A stretch of 64,000 nucleotides of DNA from Rebecca billardiae RCC1528. Lineage: Eukaryota; Protista; Haptophyta. The notes under the pieces were generated by a model. That model worked only from the letters and a program-made list of their open reading frames with translations. It was not told the DNA's origin and did no database searches. A program made the position numbers and the translations under genes. Location of the stretch: assembly GCA_965240325.2 (NCBI GenBank), contig OZ251237.1, positions 1,302,001 to 1,366,000 on the forward strand, given 5' to 3'. This document shows positions 21,699 through 34,199 of the stretch, piece after piece (the stretch's first letter is position 1; every line of letters starts with the position of its first letter).

Positions 21699-24253
21699 AT
21701 GCCCAAACCGGACCAACCGCCCACAAGTAGCTCCTGCAAGGCTGCAACGGGCAGCATGGTGCCGGCCAGGCTGACGCCGCTGGGGCGCCAAGCTGCCTCC
21801 CAGCCCGAGGGCTGGCCCCCTCCGACGCCGCAGTGGCTCGCCGACGCGCGAGCCGACGTGGCCGCCACGTCGGAGTGGGGCGCGCTGGCCGAGGAAGTGA
21901 CGGAGACCGTGCAGCGCGCGCTCGCGATGCAAGGCATCACGTCGCTCGCAAAGATGGCGCCGGACGAGCGGCGCGCGCTCGTGCGCTCCGCCGCCGAGAG
22001 CGTGCGTGGCGGCGTGCGCTACCGCATGTGCCACACGATGGCGTGGCGCCTGATGGACGAGAGCCTCGACGCCGAGGCCAGCGCGCGCGCGGGCGGGCCG
22101 CTCGCGCCGGGCAAGGCTTTGCACATCGAGACGCTCGCCGCCGAGGGCTGCGCCGTGCTCCTCGGCTCGGCGGACTCGGCGAAGCCGACGCAGCTGCTCA
22201 ACGCGATCCTGCCCCCGCCGCTCCGCCGCGTCGTGTGGCGCCGCGCCTTGCGCAAGCCCGAGGTCTTCGCCGACTACATCGCGCGCAGCGAGCACGGCCG
22301 TCTCGCGGTGCTCTCGGTCCGAGACGCCGACCTGCTGCACGAGGTGCGCACCGTGCTGGACGAGGCGCAGCTGCGCGCGCAGCGCGGGGCGTACGGCACG
22401 CCCGGCGCGGAGCCCTCGCGCCGTGCGTCGCTCGGCTCGGCGGGCGAGCCGCGCGCGGCGCCGCGCGCTGCCGGGAGCGCGTCGGGCTCGGCGGGCGACA
22501 CGGCGGCCAGGTGGGAGGCGGCAGCCTGCGCCGGCGGCACGCTACCTGCGGCGGCGTCGCAGACAGGACGTGTGGTGTGGACGATGGGCGACCTCGATGC
22601 CGCGGCCGAGTGGAGCGCCGGACCGCCGCAGCCGCCGGGCGCGCAGCCGCCTGGCGCGCGAGCGCGCCCGTCGCAGCTCGAGCCGTCCGAGTGCGCGGCG
22701 GGCGGCGGCGCGGACGTCGGCGCGGCGGAGCAGCTCGCGCTGCTCACGCGCGCCAAGTGCGCGCTGTCGTACCACGACATCCTGCGCACGCTCGAGCGGC
22801 GCGAGCTGTACTGGATGGTGCCGCTGGCGCTCACCTTCCGTTCCGAGGACGCGCGCTTCTTCCAGAGCAACCCGTATCCGCGCGGCGCCGACGGCAGTGC
22901 CGGCCGCGCGCGCGGCGGCAGTGCCGGCGGCGCCGCGCTCGCGGATTCGGCGCTGGGCGCGGCGCCGTTCGGGCGCGCAGGCTCCGCCGGCGCCTGCGCC
23001 GCCGGACGTCCGTTCGCACTGCCCACCTTGCCCGCGTCGGGCGCATCGGCGACCACGGAAGCAGACGTGGACATCGGCCTGCTTGCTGAGCTGTATGCCG
23101 CTCTGGCCGCGCAGCCGCGGCCGAGCGTCGCGCCGGAGGGCACGCCGCGGGCGGAGCTGCGCCCGGCGGAGGCCATCTTCTCCGACGAGTTTGACGCGCT
23201 GCTGCGCCGCGCCGACCCGGCGCTGCACGCGCACCTCGAGGCTGTCCTCAACGACCGCCCGCCGCCCGCGCCGAGGCGCGCGTCGGCGGCGGCGGCGGCA
23301 GCCGGCGCAGCTTCGGCCGACGTCACGCCCGGCTACGCTCACCGGCAGCTCAGCGCGGCGGCGGCACACGGCGGCGGCGCCGCGGCGGCGGGCTCGAGCG
23401 CCGCGGAGGCGGGCGCTCGGCCCCGCGGCTTCGACGCGGACGGGAACGTGCTCAGCGAGATCCCTGTGCGCACGCTCGTGCGCGCGCCGGTCGATCGGCT
23501 GTTCGTCGGTTACGTGCCCGTGCGGACGTTACTGTATATCTGGGACACGTGCCTGCTGGCGAGCTGGTTTCTGCTCGCGCCGCTCTCGGCGGCGTGGCTG
23601 ATGAGCTGCCGCGCGGCGCTGATGGAGTGCCGCGCCGCCGCGGAGGTGCGGCCCGCGCTGAGCCGCGCGGCGCGCGCCCTGCCCGCCGAGCAGCTGCAGC
23701 AGGCGATGGAGACTCACTTCATGGCCTCTCTGCGCTCCACGCTCAAGGTCCCGCCAAGGCCCGACGCAGGCGCGTACGTCGCGTTCGCCGAGCCGCGCGC
23801 GCGGGCGATGCGCTCGAACCGGTACCTGGATGGCAGGCACGTGGCGCACGCGCCGGCTGGCGGCGGCGCGCGCGCGGGCGGCGGCGGCGGGGGCAGCGCC
23901 GCGGCCACGCCGGCGGCACAAGCTCAGCGCGAGTCGAGCGCACCGCCCGCTCCGCGCTCGGCGGAGGTGGGCGGGCCGCCAGCCCCGATGGCGGCTGGGC
24001 TTGACCTCCCCGCAGATGTTCCGCGCGAGAGCGAGCCGATGGCTGTTGTGGGCGTTGCCGCGCCCGCAGAGGCTGGCGCCAGCGGTCTTGCGGGTGGCGG
24101 CGCCTCGGCAGGCGCGGACGGCTCGGCGGGCGAGCAGGGGGAGGCGGAGGGATCGGCGCGGGGGGCTGCTGCCGACGACCAGCAGGGCGGAGGCGACGAG
24201 GAGGCTGAGGGCGAAGACGACGACGACGACGACGATGACGATGATGGTGATGA

Positions 24254-24307
<54 letters not shown>

Positions 24308-24380
24308 CGACGACGACGATGACGACGACGACGACGACGACGACAACGACTCCAGCAGTGGTGGCTCAGAGAGCAGCTGA
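21699..24380 (+). CDS. Divergent Rab-GAP TBC-like domain protein with C-terminal poly-Asp tract
   Basis: LRRVVWRRAL, FDALLRRADPALHAHL and RLFVGYVP..LLYIWDTCL resemble TBC helices. Start codon uncertain. Confidence 0.55.
24216..24350 (+). repeat. (GAC/GAT)n coding microsatellite (poly-Asp)
   Basis: More than 40 near-consecutive Asp codons. Confidence 0.95.
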
Positions 24381-24957
24381 CGTGCAATCCTGATCCTGGC
24401 TGAGCTAGATCCGAAGTCACTCACGAACTGTGAGTGTGAACGAAGCTACTCTGAGTCTGAACTGATGACGAATCAGCAGTCATCGCGATCATCGTCATCA
24501 TTGACCCGTGGTGACATGAATGAGTCGGCGAAGACTCCGTGAAGAGAACCGTGCTGCGGAAATTAAATATAATAATAAAGTTATTATTGAGCAGAGCCGG
24601 CGGCCGTGACGTATATCATATATATAGCGTAGTAGTTATTTTTAATTATTATTGATGAGCTCATCATCAGTGAGTGGCTCAGTGAGTGCTGCCACTCGGG
24701 ACTGCCAATACGGCCGGCCATCCGCGCGCGACCGCGGGGGAGGACGGACGCCGAAGCATGACCCTCCTGGGCAGCCTCGGGGCTCGTCATCTGATGGCAT
24801 GCCACGGTGCGGCAACATGGTTGCAAGGCCATGCCGATGCCGTCGCCAATCCCGCCCGCGCGGTCGGTGACGGCCGGCATCGGCCAGCAGGCCCCGGCAG
24901 GGCGTGTGCCGGTCGCCGGTGTCGCGCTCGCCCGCCCGACGCGTCGAGACGCCACCA

Positions 24958-26042
24958 CTAGACGGCACTGCGCTTCGCGGCGGAGCCGGGGACTTCGCTC
25001 ACGAGCCCCTCTTCCTCCTCCGTCTTGTCCATGTTTTGAAACTCTTTTTGGATTTGTGTACGGAGTCGCTTGTACTGAAACACGCCGAGCACGGCGAGGC
25101 CGTAGCCGATGGGCTGGATCAGCGAGAGCCGCGTGCCAAAGATGGGCACAGCGATCAGGATGTTGAGCCAGTCCTTCACCTGCCCGCAGATGCCGTACGT
25201 CACGGCGGACGTCTCCTTGAGGACCATGAAGGAGGAGACGTTGAGCGCGGCGGCGATCGTGGCGTTGAGCACGATGTGCCCTGGGATCGTCGTCATCACC
25301 ACCCACGCGTCCTGGAACTCGAAGGCCAGGAACGGGACGAAAAGCGCAAGGAAGGAAATGGGCGCCTGATAGTACACGCCGGTGATCGCGTTGAACTGGA
25401 TCGTCTGCCCCTGGAGCAGCCGCTGGGAGAGGACGAGCCGAGCCGCCTCAACGAGGAGGCCGACGATCGCGATGAGGAAGCCGTGCAGCACGAAGTCGAT
25501 CTCGCCGTACGACGCGATCGCCACGCCCACGCCGATCCAGATCACCACTCCCAGCAGCCGCCACGCGAAGCGCTCGAGGCCAATCGAGACGCCGATCAGG
25601 AAGGAGAAGGTGGGGATGGCGGCCTTGAGCATCTGCATGAACGGCACGGAGATATACACCATCGCCTGGTTCGAGAGCGCGAGCGAGAGCGACGAGCACA
25701 CCGCGATTGGCACGATCAGGTTGAGCACCTGCTCGAGCGTGAGCTTAGGCGGTGTGACGAGGCCACCCGCCGCAGCGACGTGCGACATGATCGCGGCGAA
25801 GAGCTGGTGCGTCGAGGTGAGGGCGAAGGGGAAGCCGTAGTGAGCGAAGGAGAGCAGCCACTTGTTGTACCTGCCGCCGCGCCAGGCGCGCATGCCGTGC
25901 ACGTCAGCACGCTGATGGCGCGGGCGCCGCGGGCGCCGCGCGCGCGTCGCGCGCCGCACATGATGAGGCTGATCGAGATGAACATCCATGAGATGATGAT
26001 CAACACTACTCGCACATTCTGCGCGATTGTCTCCGCCGCCAT
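24958..26042 (-). CDS. Triose-phosphate/nucleotide-sugar transporter (TPT/DMT family); one intron ~25872-25959
   Basis: ISISLIM|YNKWLL..FPFALT, LSNQAMVYISVPFMQMLKA, TSAVTYGICGQVKD, about 10 hydrophobic helices. Confidence 0.88.
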
Positions 26043-26427
26043 GCTCCCGGCGCCCTCGCGCGCCTGCTGCGCGCGATGCCGCTTCGCGGCGCTCACGCCC
26101 CGACCCGGGTGATGGAGGGATCCACCGCCACGAGTGCGCAAGTTGTGCCAGTGTCATCTAATGCGTGGGCGGGACGATGGCGGATCACACTAAAAGACGA
26201 CCGCGCCCAAAAAAGTCGAAGCCCCGCCGAAAACGGGCGGCGAAAAAGGGCACAAGGGCGAGGGATCAGATGCCTCGCGCGCCGCCCTGGCCAGGGCTGG
26301 CCCGGACTCAACAGCCGGGGTTTTCTGTTGGCCAGGCTGGTCGGTTTCAGCTCAGCTGGGTTGCGCGACGCCATCGTCACGCCAGGCGCTTGCAGCCGGC
26401 GGGGCACAACTTGGTGGCAGCGCGCCG

Positions 26428-27823
26428 ATGTCGGACGCAGTGGCGTTGCAGACCGCCTCGTCGCAGTTCGATGCGTCGCTCAGCGGCCCTGAGGCCGGCG
26501 GCAGCCGCGCCGGCGGCCGGCTGACCGTGTCGCAGCAGCGCGAGCTGATGTCGCAGAAGGCGGGCGACCGGCGCACCATCTACTGGACCAAGGTGTCCAC
26601 AGGTGGTGCGTACCAGACGACGGGGACGTACCTGGGGCAGTGGCACGCGAACAAGAAGCACGGCAAGGGCACGCAGACCTGGGCGAACGGCGACAAGTAC
26701 GTCGGCGAGTGGGTCGAGGGCAAGCCAGCCGGCTTTGGCACCTTCTGGAAGCGCATGCCAAACAAGCAGAAGCTGGTGAAGCAGTACGCGGGGCAGTGGC
26801 TGAACGGGCAGCAGCACGGGCGCGGGGTGCACTACTACCCCGACGGCAGCGTGTACGACGGTCACTGGCGCAACGGCCTGCGCAGCGGCGTGGGCATCAT
26901 GTCGTACGCGGACGGGTCCGTGTATGAGGGCTCCTTCTTCAACGACAAGCGGCACGGCTTCGGCGTGATAGACCACGTGAACGGCGACCACTTCGAGGGT
27001 CACTACGTGGAGGACAAGCGCGAGGGCGAGGTGCGGCGCGCGGGGCTCGCCCCGAGCGCACGCCGCGTGGGCGCGACGTGGCCCGCTCCGCGCGCCCGCG
27101 CTCCGCGTGCCAGCACCCGACGTCCTCACCCGCCGCGCTGCGGTGCCCGCCCCGTTGCCGCGCGCGCGCCGCCCGCCGGCTGCAGGGCGTCCTCTTCTTC
27201 TTCTCGGCGGAGAAGAAGACGCACCACAAGCGCATGGACGGCGAGTGGGTCGACGACGTGTGCAAAACCTCCATCTTCTCCGAGATGGAGCCGGACCCGA
27301 ACGTGCCCGCCTCGGAGCGGCCGGAGCCGCTGCCCAAGCTGGGGCTCGCCGACCCGGACGGCGTGGCCGCGGCGGAGCTGCGACGGATCAGGGAGCAGCG
27401 CGCACACCACCGCGCGGATCGGGTCACCGTGGACGAGAAGTTCACGCCGGAGGTGCGCCGCGCGGCTCGCCGACCGCGAGCAAAGCTCACCCCACCGCGC
27501 CTCGACCGCACGCGCGCACCGCCGCCGCTGACCGTGCCCGCTCCCCTCCTGTGCCCAATGTTGGCGCGTCGCCGCAGGAGCTCGACGCGCTGCGCGAGGC
27601 TTTCGCACGCGCGGACCCGGATGGCCACGGGTTCATCAACCTGCAGAAGCTGCGCGAGGCGTTCGCACACATCGGCATGGAGCCCGCGGACGAGGACATG
27701 GAGGCGGTGATGACGGACGTGTTCGCGCAGCCGCCTGGCATGCCGCTCGAGCAGCACGCGAGTGCTGTCTTCACGTTCGCCGACTTTGCGCAGGCATGCG
27801 ACTTCCTCTCGCCGGTCGAATGA
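26428..27823 (+). CDS. MORN-repeat protein (MORN3-like) with C-terminal EF-hand; introns 27031-27185 and 27453-27577
   Basis: Repeats of YxGxWxxGKxHGxG. DPDGHGFINLQKL EF-hand loop. GT-AG introns restore the frame. Confidence 0.85.
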
Positions 27824-28007
27824 CCCCGCTGCCGCACCGTGCGGGCGCAGATGGTTGAACGAGCGAGTCAGTCGCCGTCGGGCGGGCAGAATCTGAGAAT
27901 CACCAGGATGGCAGAATGATTACAGATTAGCAACCACTGCGCGCTGAAGAACTGTCCGCAGCCATTTAATCGGGCTTTTCCCCAGTAGCGGAGGGTACTC
28001 GCCTGCC

Positions 28008-28068
28008 TGAGCTGTGTGCGTCTCTTATTCTTAGTAAACTGTACAGTTTACTATGTTTTAACGTGCAC
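28008..28068. repeat. Palindromic junction of two TACAGTTT-type repeat ends
   Basis: Perfect 22-bp palindrome TAGTAAACTGTACAGTTTACTA at 28032-28053. Arms match repeats at 8.7 kb and 61.4 kb. Confidence 0.6.
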
Positions 28069-28190
28069 ACTTGGTTAAGGCGTGATTGACGCCATAGTAG
28101 AACTCGTACATTGAACAGAATGATGCGGCCGCGGTGCACCCTCCGCGCAGTCCTGGCCGGCGGCAGCACTCCCAAGGATACCGATCAGTG

Positions 28191-29687
28191 ATGCACAAGC
28201 AGCAGCGGCGGGCGTGCCGCCCACGTGGCGCCAACGTGGCGGCCTTCATCTGGCTGGCCACCTCGCACCTCGCGGCGGCTTCCCCGATTTCGAGCCACCC
28301 GACCTTCACCGGCTGCATCGCGAGTCCGACCGCGTGCACGGCGCTCAACCTGCATCGCAGCTCACTCACCGGCACGCTGCCGACAGAGCTGGGCTCGCTG
28401 ACCAACCTGGGCTCGCTCCTGCTCTCGAGGAATCTGCTCACTGGCCCCGTGCCGACCGAGCTAGGGTCGGCGACCAGCCTCACTGAGCTCGGGCTGGAGC
28501 ACAATTCGTTCAGTAGCTCGCTTCCGACAGAGGTGGGCGCGCTGAGCAGCCTCCCCGCCCTCTCGGTGCACAGGAACTCGCTCGGCGGCTCGATGCCGAC
28601 AGAGCTGGGAATGCTTTCCAGCTTGCTCATCGTGTACGCGCCCTCGAACCGGTTCGTCGGCCCCATCCCCACCGAGCTGGGTGCGCTGAGCAGCCTCACC
28701 AACCTGCAGCTGCATAGCAACGGGCTGGAAGGCGCCGTGCCCACCGAGCTGGGGGAGCTCACGCGCCTCAGGACCATACGCGCGTACGATAACTCGCTCA
28801 CCAGCAGCGTGCCCACCGAGCTGGGCCAGCTGACCACCCAGCTCGGCGCCTTGCACCTATACGACAACTCGCTGGGCGGGCCGGTGCCGACCGAGTTGGG
28901 CGCGCTCAGCAGCCTCGGCGAGATGAGTCTGCGCCAGAACGAGCTCGTCGGCGAGGTGCCGTCGGAGGTGGGCAGGATGACCGGCCTCTCGAGGCTCTCC
29001 CTGAGCGAGAACTCACTCACCGCGAGCCTTCCGACTGAGCTGGGCGCGCTGACCACCGCGCAGGACGTGCAGCTCGGCTTCAATTTCGTCAGCGGCACGA
29101 TCCCGACCGAGCTGGGCGCGATCTCGCCGCTGCGGACCATGGGGCTGCAGGACAACTCGCTCAGCGGCACCGTGCCCACCGAGCTGGGCGCGCTCGGCGC
29201 CGTCTTCTTGTCCATCGACCTGTCACAGAACGAGCGCCTGTGGGGCGGGGCGCACGGGATCCTCGGAGTGCAGCCAGCGGTGCTGCCGGCCGCGCCGCCG
29301 CCGTCGCCCCCGAGCCCGCCGTCGCCTCCTCGGTCGCCGCCGTCGCCGCCGTCGCCACCCTCGCCACCCTCGCCACCACCCTCGCCACCACCACCGTCGC
29401 CGCCGCCGCCGCCGTCGACATCGGGTAGCCACGGCAGCGACGACGATGATGACGACGATGAGAACGATGACGACGATGACATCAACCCGGGCAGCTCGCC
29501 GGCCGAGGGTGGTGCTGGCCCTGCTGATGCGACGGTTGGGATTGCTGTGGGAGCATCCATCGGTGGGGTCTGCTTCCTGCTGGTCGTGGGCGTTGGCGTG
29601 TACCTTTTCTTGGGCAAGCGGGCCAAGACGCAGCCTTCATCAGACGAGGCCATCGTCAGCACTACTACATCAGCACCACTACCCTAG
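28191..29687 (+). CDS. LRR receptor-like protein (plant-type 24-aa LRRs, SPPP stalk, single TM, short tail)
   Basis: About 12 repeats LxGxxPTELGxLxxLxxLxLxxN, Pro/Ser stalk, acidic patch, TM VGIAVGASIGGVCFLLVVGVGVYLFL. Confidence 0.85.
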   Translation: MHKQQRRACRPRGANVAAFIWLATSHLAAASPISSHPTFTGCIASPTACTALNLHRSSLTGTLPTELGSLTNLGSLLLSRNLLTGPVPTELGSATSLTELGLEHNSFSSSLPTEVGALSSLPALSVHRNSLGGSMPTELGMLSSLLIVYAPSNRFVGPIPTELGALSSLTNLQLHSNGLEGAVPTELGELTRLRTIRAYDNSLTSSVPTELGQLTTQLGALHLYDNSLGGPVPTELGALSSLGEMSLRQNELVGEVPSEVGRMTGLSRLSLSENSLTASLPTELGALTTAQDVQLGFNFVSGTIPTELGAISPLRTMGLQDNSLSGTVPTELGALGAVFLSIDLSQNERLWGGAHGILGVQPAVLPAAPPPSPPSPPSPPRSPPSPPSPPSPPSPPPSPPPPSPPPPPSTSGSHGSDDDDDDDENDDDDDINPGSSPAEGGAGPADATVGIAVGASIGGVCFLLVVGVGVYLFLGKRAKTQPSSDEAIVSTTTSAPLP

Positions 29688-29760
29688 CCCTGCTACCGCC
29701 ACTACTACTACTCATGCTAGGACTGTCAGACTGCGCAGCGCGTCGAATAAGCAGCGCGAC

Positions 29761-29868
29761 TATATATATATATAGTAGTAGCGCGATGTGATCATAGCCC
29801 GATATAGCGCTACATATAATATATATATATATATATATGTAGTATATATATATATACTACACACACAC

Positions 29869-29901
<33 letters not shown>
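29761..29901. repeat. (TA)n/(CA)n microsatellite cluster
   Basis: Visible dinucleotide runs. Confidence 0.9.
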
Positions 29902-29902
<1 letters not shown>

Positions 29903-29973
29903 CGACTACGACTATAATCATCATCAGCAGCTCCATATACTGTCGTCATCTGCTCATTGACTGACGCGCGCTC

Positions 29974-30747
29974 TCAATCGGCCGGGCTTTGTCTTCGGAC
30001 TGCTCCGGGACTCCGTGACGACTCTCGCCGCCGGCGGACGCGCATGCGCGCGCCGTGCAGCGGGCGCGCGGTGAGCCGATACGCAATGGTCTCGTCGTCG
30101 GGCTTGACGGGCTCAAAGTCGAAGGCGTGCACGAGCGCGCCCACGGCCAGCTTCACCTCGAGCAGCGCAAAGTGGCGGCCGATGCAGTCGCGCGGGCCGC
30201 GGCTGAATGGGCCGTACACCCACTCGCCCGCGCCGCCCGTCGCGCCACGCCCCTCGGGCGGCGGGAGAAAGCGCTCAGGCCGGAACTCGGCCGCGTCCTC
30301 GCCCCACAGCTCCGGGTGGCGGTGCAGCACGTAGTGGCTGACGTACAGGATGCACCCGCCGATGCGGTACGCACGGCCGTCCGGCGCGGTGTGCAGCTCC
30401 GAACTGTCCGGCACGTACCGCGCGCTGCCCGCCGGCGGGAAGAGGCGCAACGCCTCGCGCACGGCGGAGTCCAAGTACGCGCAGCGCTGCAGTGCCGCAA
30501 AGAGGGCGGTCGAGTCCGCGCCAGGCGGCGCATCCGAGCCCTGCCCCGTGCGCTCTGGCCACGCCAGAGCCGCGAGCGGCCCGGCGCCCACCTCAGCACG
30601 CACGCGTGCCAGCGCCGCCTGGTTGCGCGAGAGCAGCCACACCGTCCACGCGATCGCGGTCGCCGTCGTGTCGTGCCCGGCAAAGAAGAACGTCTTGAGC
30701 TGGTCGGCCGCATTGCGCACCGCCGCCTCGTCCAGCTGCTGGGTCGG

Positions 30748-30789
<42 letters not shown>

Positions 30790-31731
30790 TTCGCCCGCGC
30801 CCGCGCCCGCGCCGGCGTGCGGCCGCGCGCGCGCCGACGCACTGGCCTGCGCGAGCGCGAGCGAGAGCACGTCGCGCCCGCGCCGCCGCGAGTCAGTCCC
30901 CGCGCCGAGCGCCGCTGCGCGGCGGCGCACGATGGCAGCCATCCTGCCATCGACCGCTTCCGTGAGGATTCTCAGCCGGCGCGCAGCGCACAGGTTGAGG
31001 TACGGGCGGAAGGGGCGGACGACGTTGCGCGTGCACTCTTCCTGGAGCTCGAGGATGAGCTCGCGCGTGGTGCGCGCGCTCGCACCGGGCGAGCCCTGCT
31101 TCGCCGCCGCCTCGTCCGGCGCGCCATCGGCCCCCCACGCCACCGCGGCGATCACGTTGGCCGTGAACGCGGCCGCTGCCGTCTGGAGGGAGAGCACCTC
31201 GCGGCGCTCGGCGGCGCGGGCGCACGCGGCGAGGAGCTCGGGCAGCTGCGCGGCCATCGTGCCCACCGTCTCCCGCAGGAAGTCCGGCGTGAACCCCGGC
31301 GCGAACGCGCGGCGCGTGTGCGCCCACGTCTCGCCCTCCGCCGTGAGCATTGAGGTTCGGCCGAGGAGCGGCGCGAGCGTGGCGTACGTGGGCGCCTTTG
31401 GGTAGTTGCGCGCGACGAGCGCGCGGTGTGCGAGCCGTGGGTCCGCACACACGATCACAGGCGGGACGAACGGCACGTACATCGTCGTGAGCAGCCCATA
31501 CCGCTTCGCCCACTCGAGGAAGAGGACATCGGGATGCGCGTTGCCCGCCCAGCCAGGATCCGGGATGCGGAGGGCGTCGCCGAGGAGCCAATGCTTCGGG
31601 GCGTGTGGAGGGCGCTGTGGGTGCTGTGCGCGCCGCGTGCGCGCGCGGAGGAGCCACACCGTCGCCGCCACGAGCACCAACGCCGCGAGGACCGCGAGGA
31701 AGCCCGTCCAGTCGGCGAGGGCGGCGGCCAT
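29974..31731 (-). CDS. Cytochrome P450
   Basis: FFAGHDTTA (I-helix), EALRLFPP (ExxR), FRPERF, FSRGPRDCIG heme motif, N-terminal anchor. Confidence 0.93.
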
Positions 31732-31949
31732 CGTTCCTCCAGCTGTGACAGTACCTGGTTGCCTATCGTCGTGCCAAAGCGCGCCTCCTGGGCCCCGGAG
31801 GCTGCCTTCCGCTGCCACTGCGCTATCATTACACGCGCGCTAACACAGTATTAACAGTACGCGCGACGGCGTCGGCTCCGTCTCAGGCTCAATGCTGGGC
31901 ACTGTCACAGGCCACAACGCGGCCCCGCAGGTCGTGAGGACGGAGCTAG

Positions 31950-32726
31950 TTACTGCTCTCCCAGGCTGTTGTACGCATCGCGCCCCTCATTCTTTGCAGC
32001 CGCCGGTTTGATGCGCGGAATCGCCGTGGGCGAGAGCGGCTCCTCGTCCATCTCCATCTCGTCCTCGTCCTCAGCCTCCACGCCCGTCACCTCTGGGATG
32101 TAGTGCATCATCATGTTCTCGATCCCGCTCTTGAGCGTGATCGATGAGCTCGGGCAGCCGGCGCACGAGCCCTGCAGCTGCAGCTTGACGATCCCCGTGT
32201 TCTCGTCGTAGCTGCGGAAGACGATGTCGCCGCCGTCCTCCTGGACGGACGGCCGCACGCGCGTCTCGATGAGCTCCTTAATCATTGCCACCGTCTCGGA
32301 GTCGTCGTCCGAAATGATGGTGTCTTCGGAGATGTGATTGTGGCCCGGGTCAATCACCGGGCCACCCTCTGCGTAAAAATCCATGATGTGCGAGAACACG
32401 TGCGGCTTGACCACGGACCATGCGACGGCCTCGTCCTTCGTGACCGTGACGAAGTCCTGCGCGAAGAATACCGACTTCACCCCGTCAATCTGGAAGAGGC
32501 GCTTCGCGAGCGGCGATGCTTGCGCGTCGCGGAAGCTGCGGAACTCGGCCGAGCCTTCCTCCAGCACGGGCTTCCCCGGGAGGAACTTGAGCGACTCCGG
32601 GTTGGGCGTGTTCTCCGTCTGGATGAAGAGCGAACGCCTGAACGTCGCGGCGAGTGGCGCGCGGATCGCCGCCCGCGGGCCGGGCGCGAATGCGCGGCGG
32701 GCGATGGCTGTGGCGGCCGCCAGCAT
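31950..32726 (-). CDS. NFU1: Mitochondrial Fe-S cluster scaffold NFU1
   Basis: FIQTENTPNPESLKF, RVRPSVQEDGGD, GSCAGCPSSSITLKSGIE, Arg/Ala presequence. Confidence 0.95.
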   Translation of the reverse strand: MLAAATAIARRAFAPGPRAAIRAPLAATFRRSLFIQTENTPNPESLKFLPGKPVLEEGSAEFRSFRDAQASPLAKRLFQIDGVKSVFFAQDFVTVTKDEAVAWSVVKPHVFSHIMDFYAEGGPVIDPGHNHISEDTIISDDDSETVAMIKELIETRVRPSVQEDGGDIVFRSYDENTGIVKLQLQGSCAGCPSSSITLKSGIENMMMHYIPEVTGVEAEDEDEMEMDEEPLSPTAIPRIKPAAAKNEGRDAYNSLGEQ

Positions 32727-32918
32727 GCTGGGCGCACGACTACTTCGTGGGCGTGCAGCAAGCGGATGGCGCTCAAGCTAGAAAATCCGGCCGGGGAGCC
32801 AGCTGGCGCTGGAAACCAGGGTGGCGGCTTTGCTGGCCAGGGCGGCGTGCCTCGGCCGTCGGCGGCTCTGTCGTGGTGTAGGGCACCAAGCGAAAGGGCT
32901 CCTCGCGAACGGGGTGCA

Positions 32919-33343
32919 ATGTCGGAGGCACTCTCGAAGCAGCAGCTGCTCGATCTCGCGAAGCAGGTCGACCCAAACGTCGAGATTGACGACGACGTTG
33001 CCAATGTACGCTCGCGCTCGGCGCTCTGCCCTGCGGCCCTGGCCCAGCGTCCCTGACTGCGCTGCGTACGCTACGCTCCGCGCGCGTGTCGCAGGTGCTG
33101 CTTGACCTCGCCGACCAGTTCGTCGAGGAGGTCACGGTGGTCTCGTGCCAGCTCGCAAAACACCGAGGCGGCGATCGGCTCGAGGCGAGAGATCTCAAGT
33201 TGTGCCTGGAGAAGAACTTTGACATCCGCGCGCCCGGCTTCGTCTCGACAGGCGACGCCAAGGCGGGCGTCAAACGCCCAGGCGGCACCAACGATGCGCA
33301 CAGGCAGCGCGTGGAGAAGGTTCGCAGAACAACGCAGCAGTGA
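32919..33343 (+). CDS. TAF12: TFIID subunit 12 (histone fold); intron 33006-33094
   Basis: LSKQQLLDLAKQVDP..DDDVAN|VLLDLADQFVEEV..SCQLAKHR..LEARDLKLCLEKNFDIRAPGF. Confidence 0.9.
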
Positions 33344-34199
33344 CTCCATTGCGTGCGCGGCGGCTGTGGAAAGCCGCACCGCCCCGGCTTCAACGCCGTC
33401 GGAGCTAGATGACGCTTCAACGACGCGGATGCCATGCGCGTCGTTGCTATGCGCGGTCAGGCGTGACCTGCCGTTGAAGCAGTGACCGACGCCTGACCGC
33501 GCATAGCGTCGGTCACTGCCTCCGCGGCTCGTGGGCTGCGCTCTGACCACTGCCGCCCACTGCGCACCCCCGTGGCGCACGCGGCAGCTCCGTGACGCGG
33601 CGCAGTCACGTCACACGACCACGTGCCCGGCCCGCGCTCCGGGGCCCCGGTGCTCCGCGGCCCGCGCCTCCGGGCCCGCGGCGGCCGCCGCGGGCCCCAC
33701 TACAGAGCCACTGCCCACTGCCCGGCGAAATCCATGCGCTGGCCCAGGTTCTCCCGGCCATTCGGCCAATCAGGGATTTACCCGCTCACCTCTTGCCCAA
33801 ACCATTTCATGATTTCATCGCGTCTGATCATGATCAACATGAACGAAGGCGGGGCATCATTCTTTGCATCTTTTGCACGGATCGTTCCATTTCGACACCA
33901 GCCCAAGCACATCGCACGCGGACAATTTAATTACTGTATTCTCAGGTAGGGGACTCGGGGCGCGCGGCAACTCGGCAAGGCCGTGGAGCGGTGGTGGACG
34001 CAAGGAGTCGTAAGACCCCTTGGTCGACGGGCGCGTCGATACTTATGGCGGCCTTCATCAGCCCGCGAAACAAGAATGAACCCCATCAGCAGCCGCCTCC
34101 ACTCTTGATCGTCACTCGCACCGCATCACCGCCCGAGCAAGGGTGGTCGAGCTTCCTTGCCCCGCGCATCCCCGCCCGCCGACGGCGGGTGGGCGGCAA

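Noticed and set aside
33600-33940. GC-rich stretch and TACAG..CTGTA-bounded segment as inverted repeats flanking the BMP-HET gene (versus 40370-40660)
   Set aside because: Similarity is explained by GC low complexity, and the terminal match is only 5 bp.
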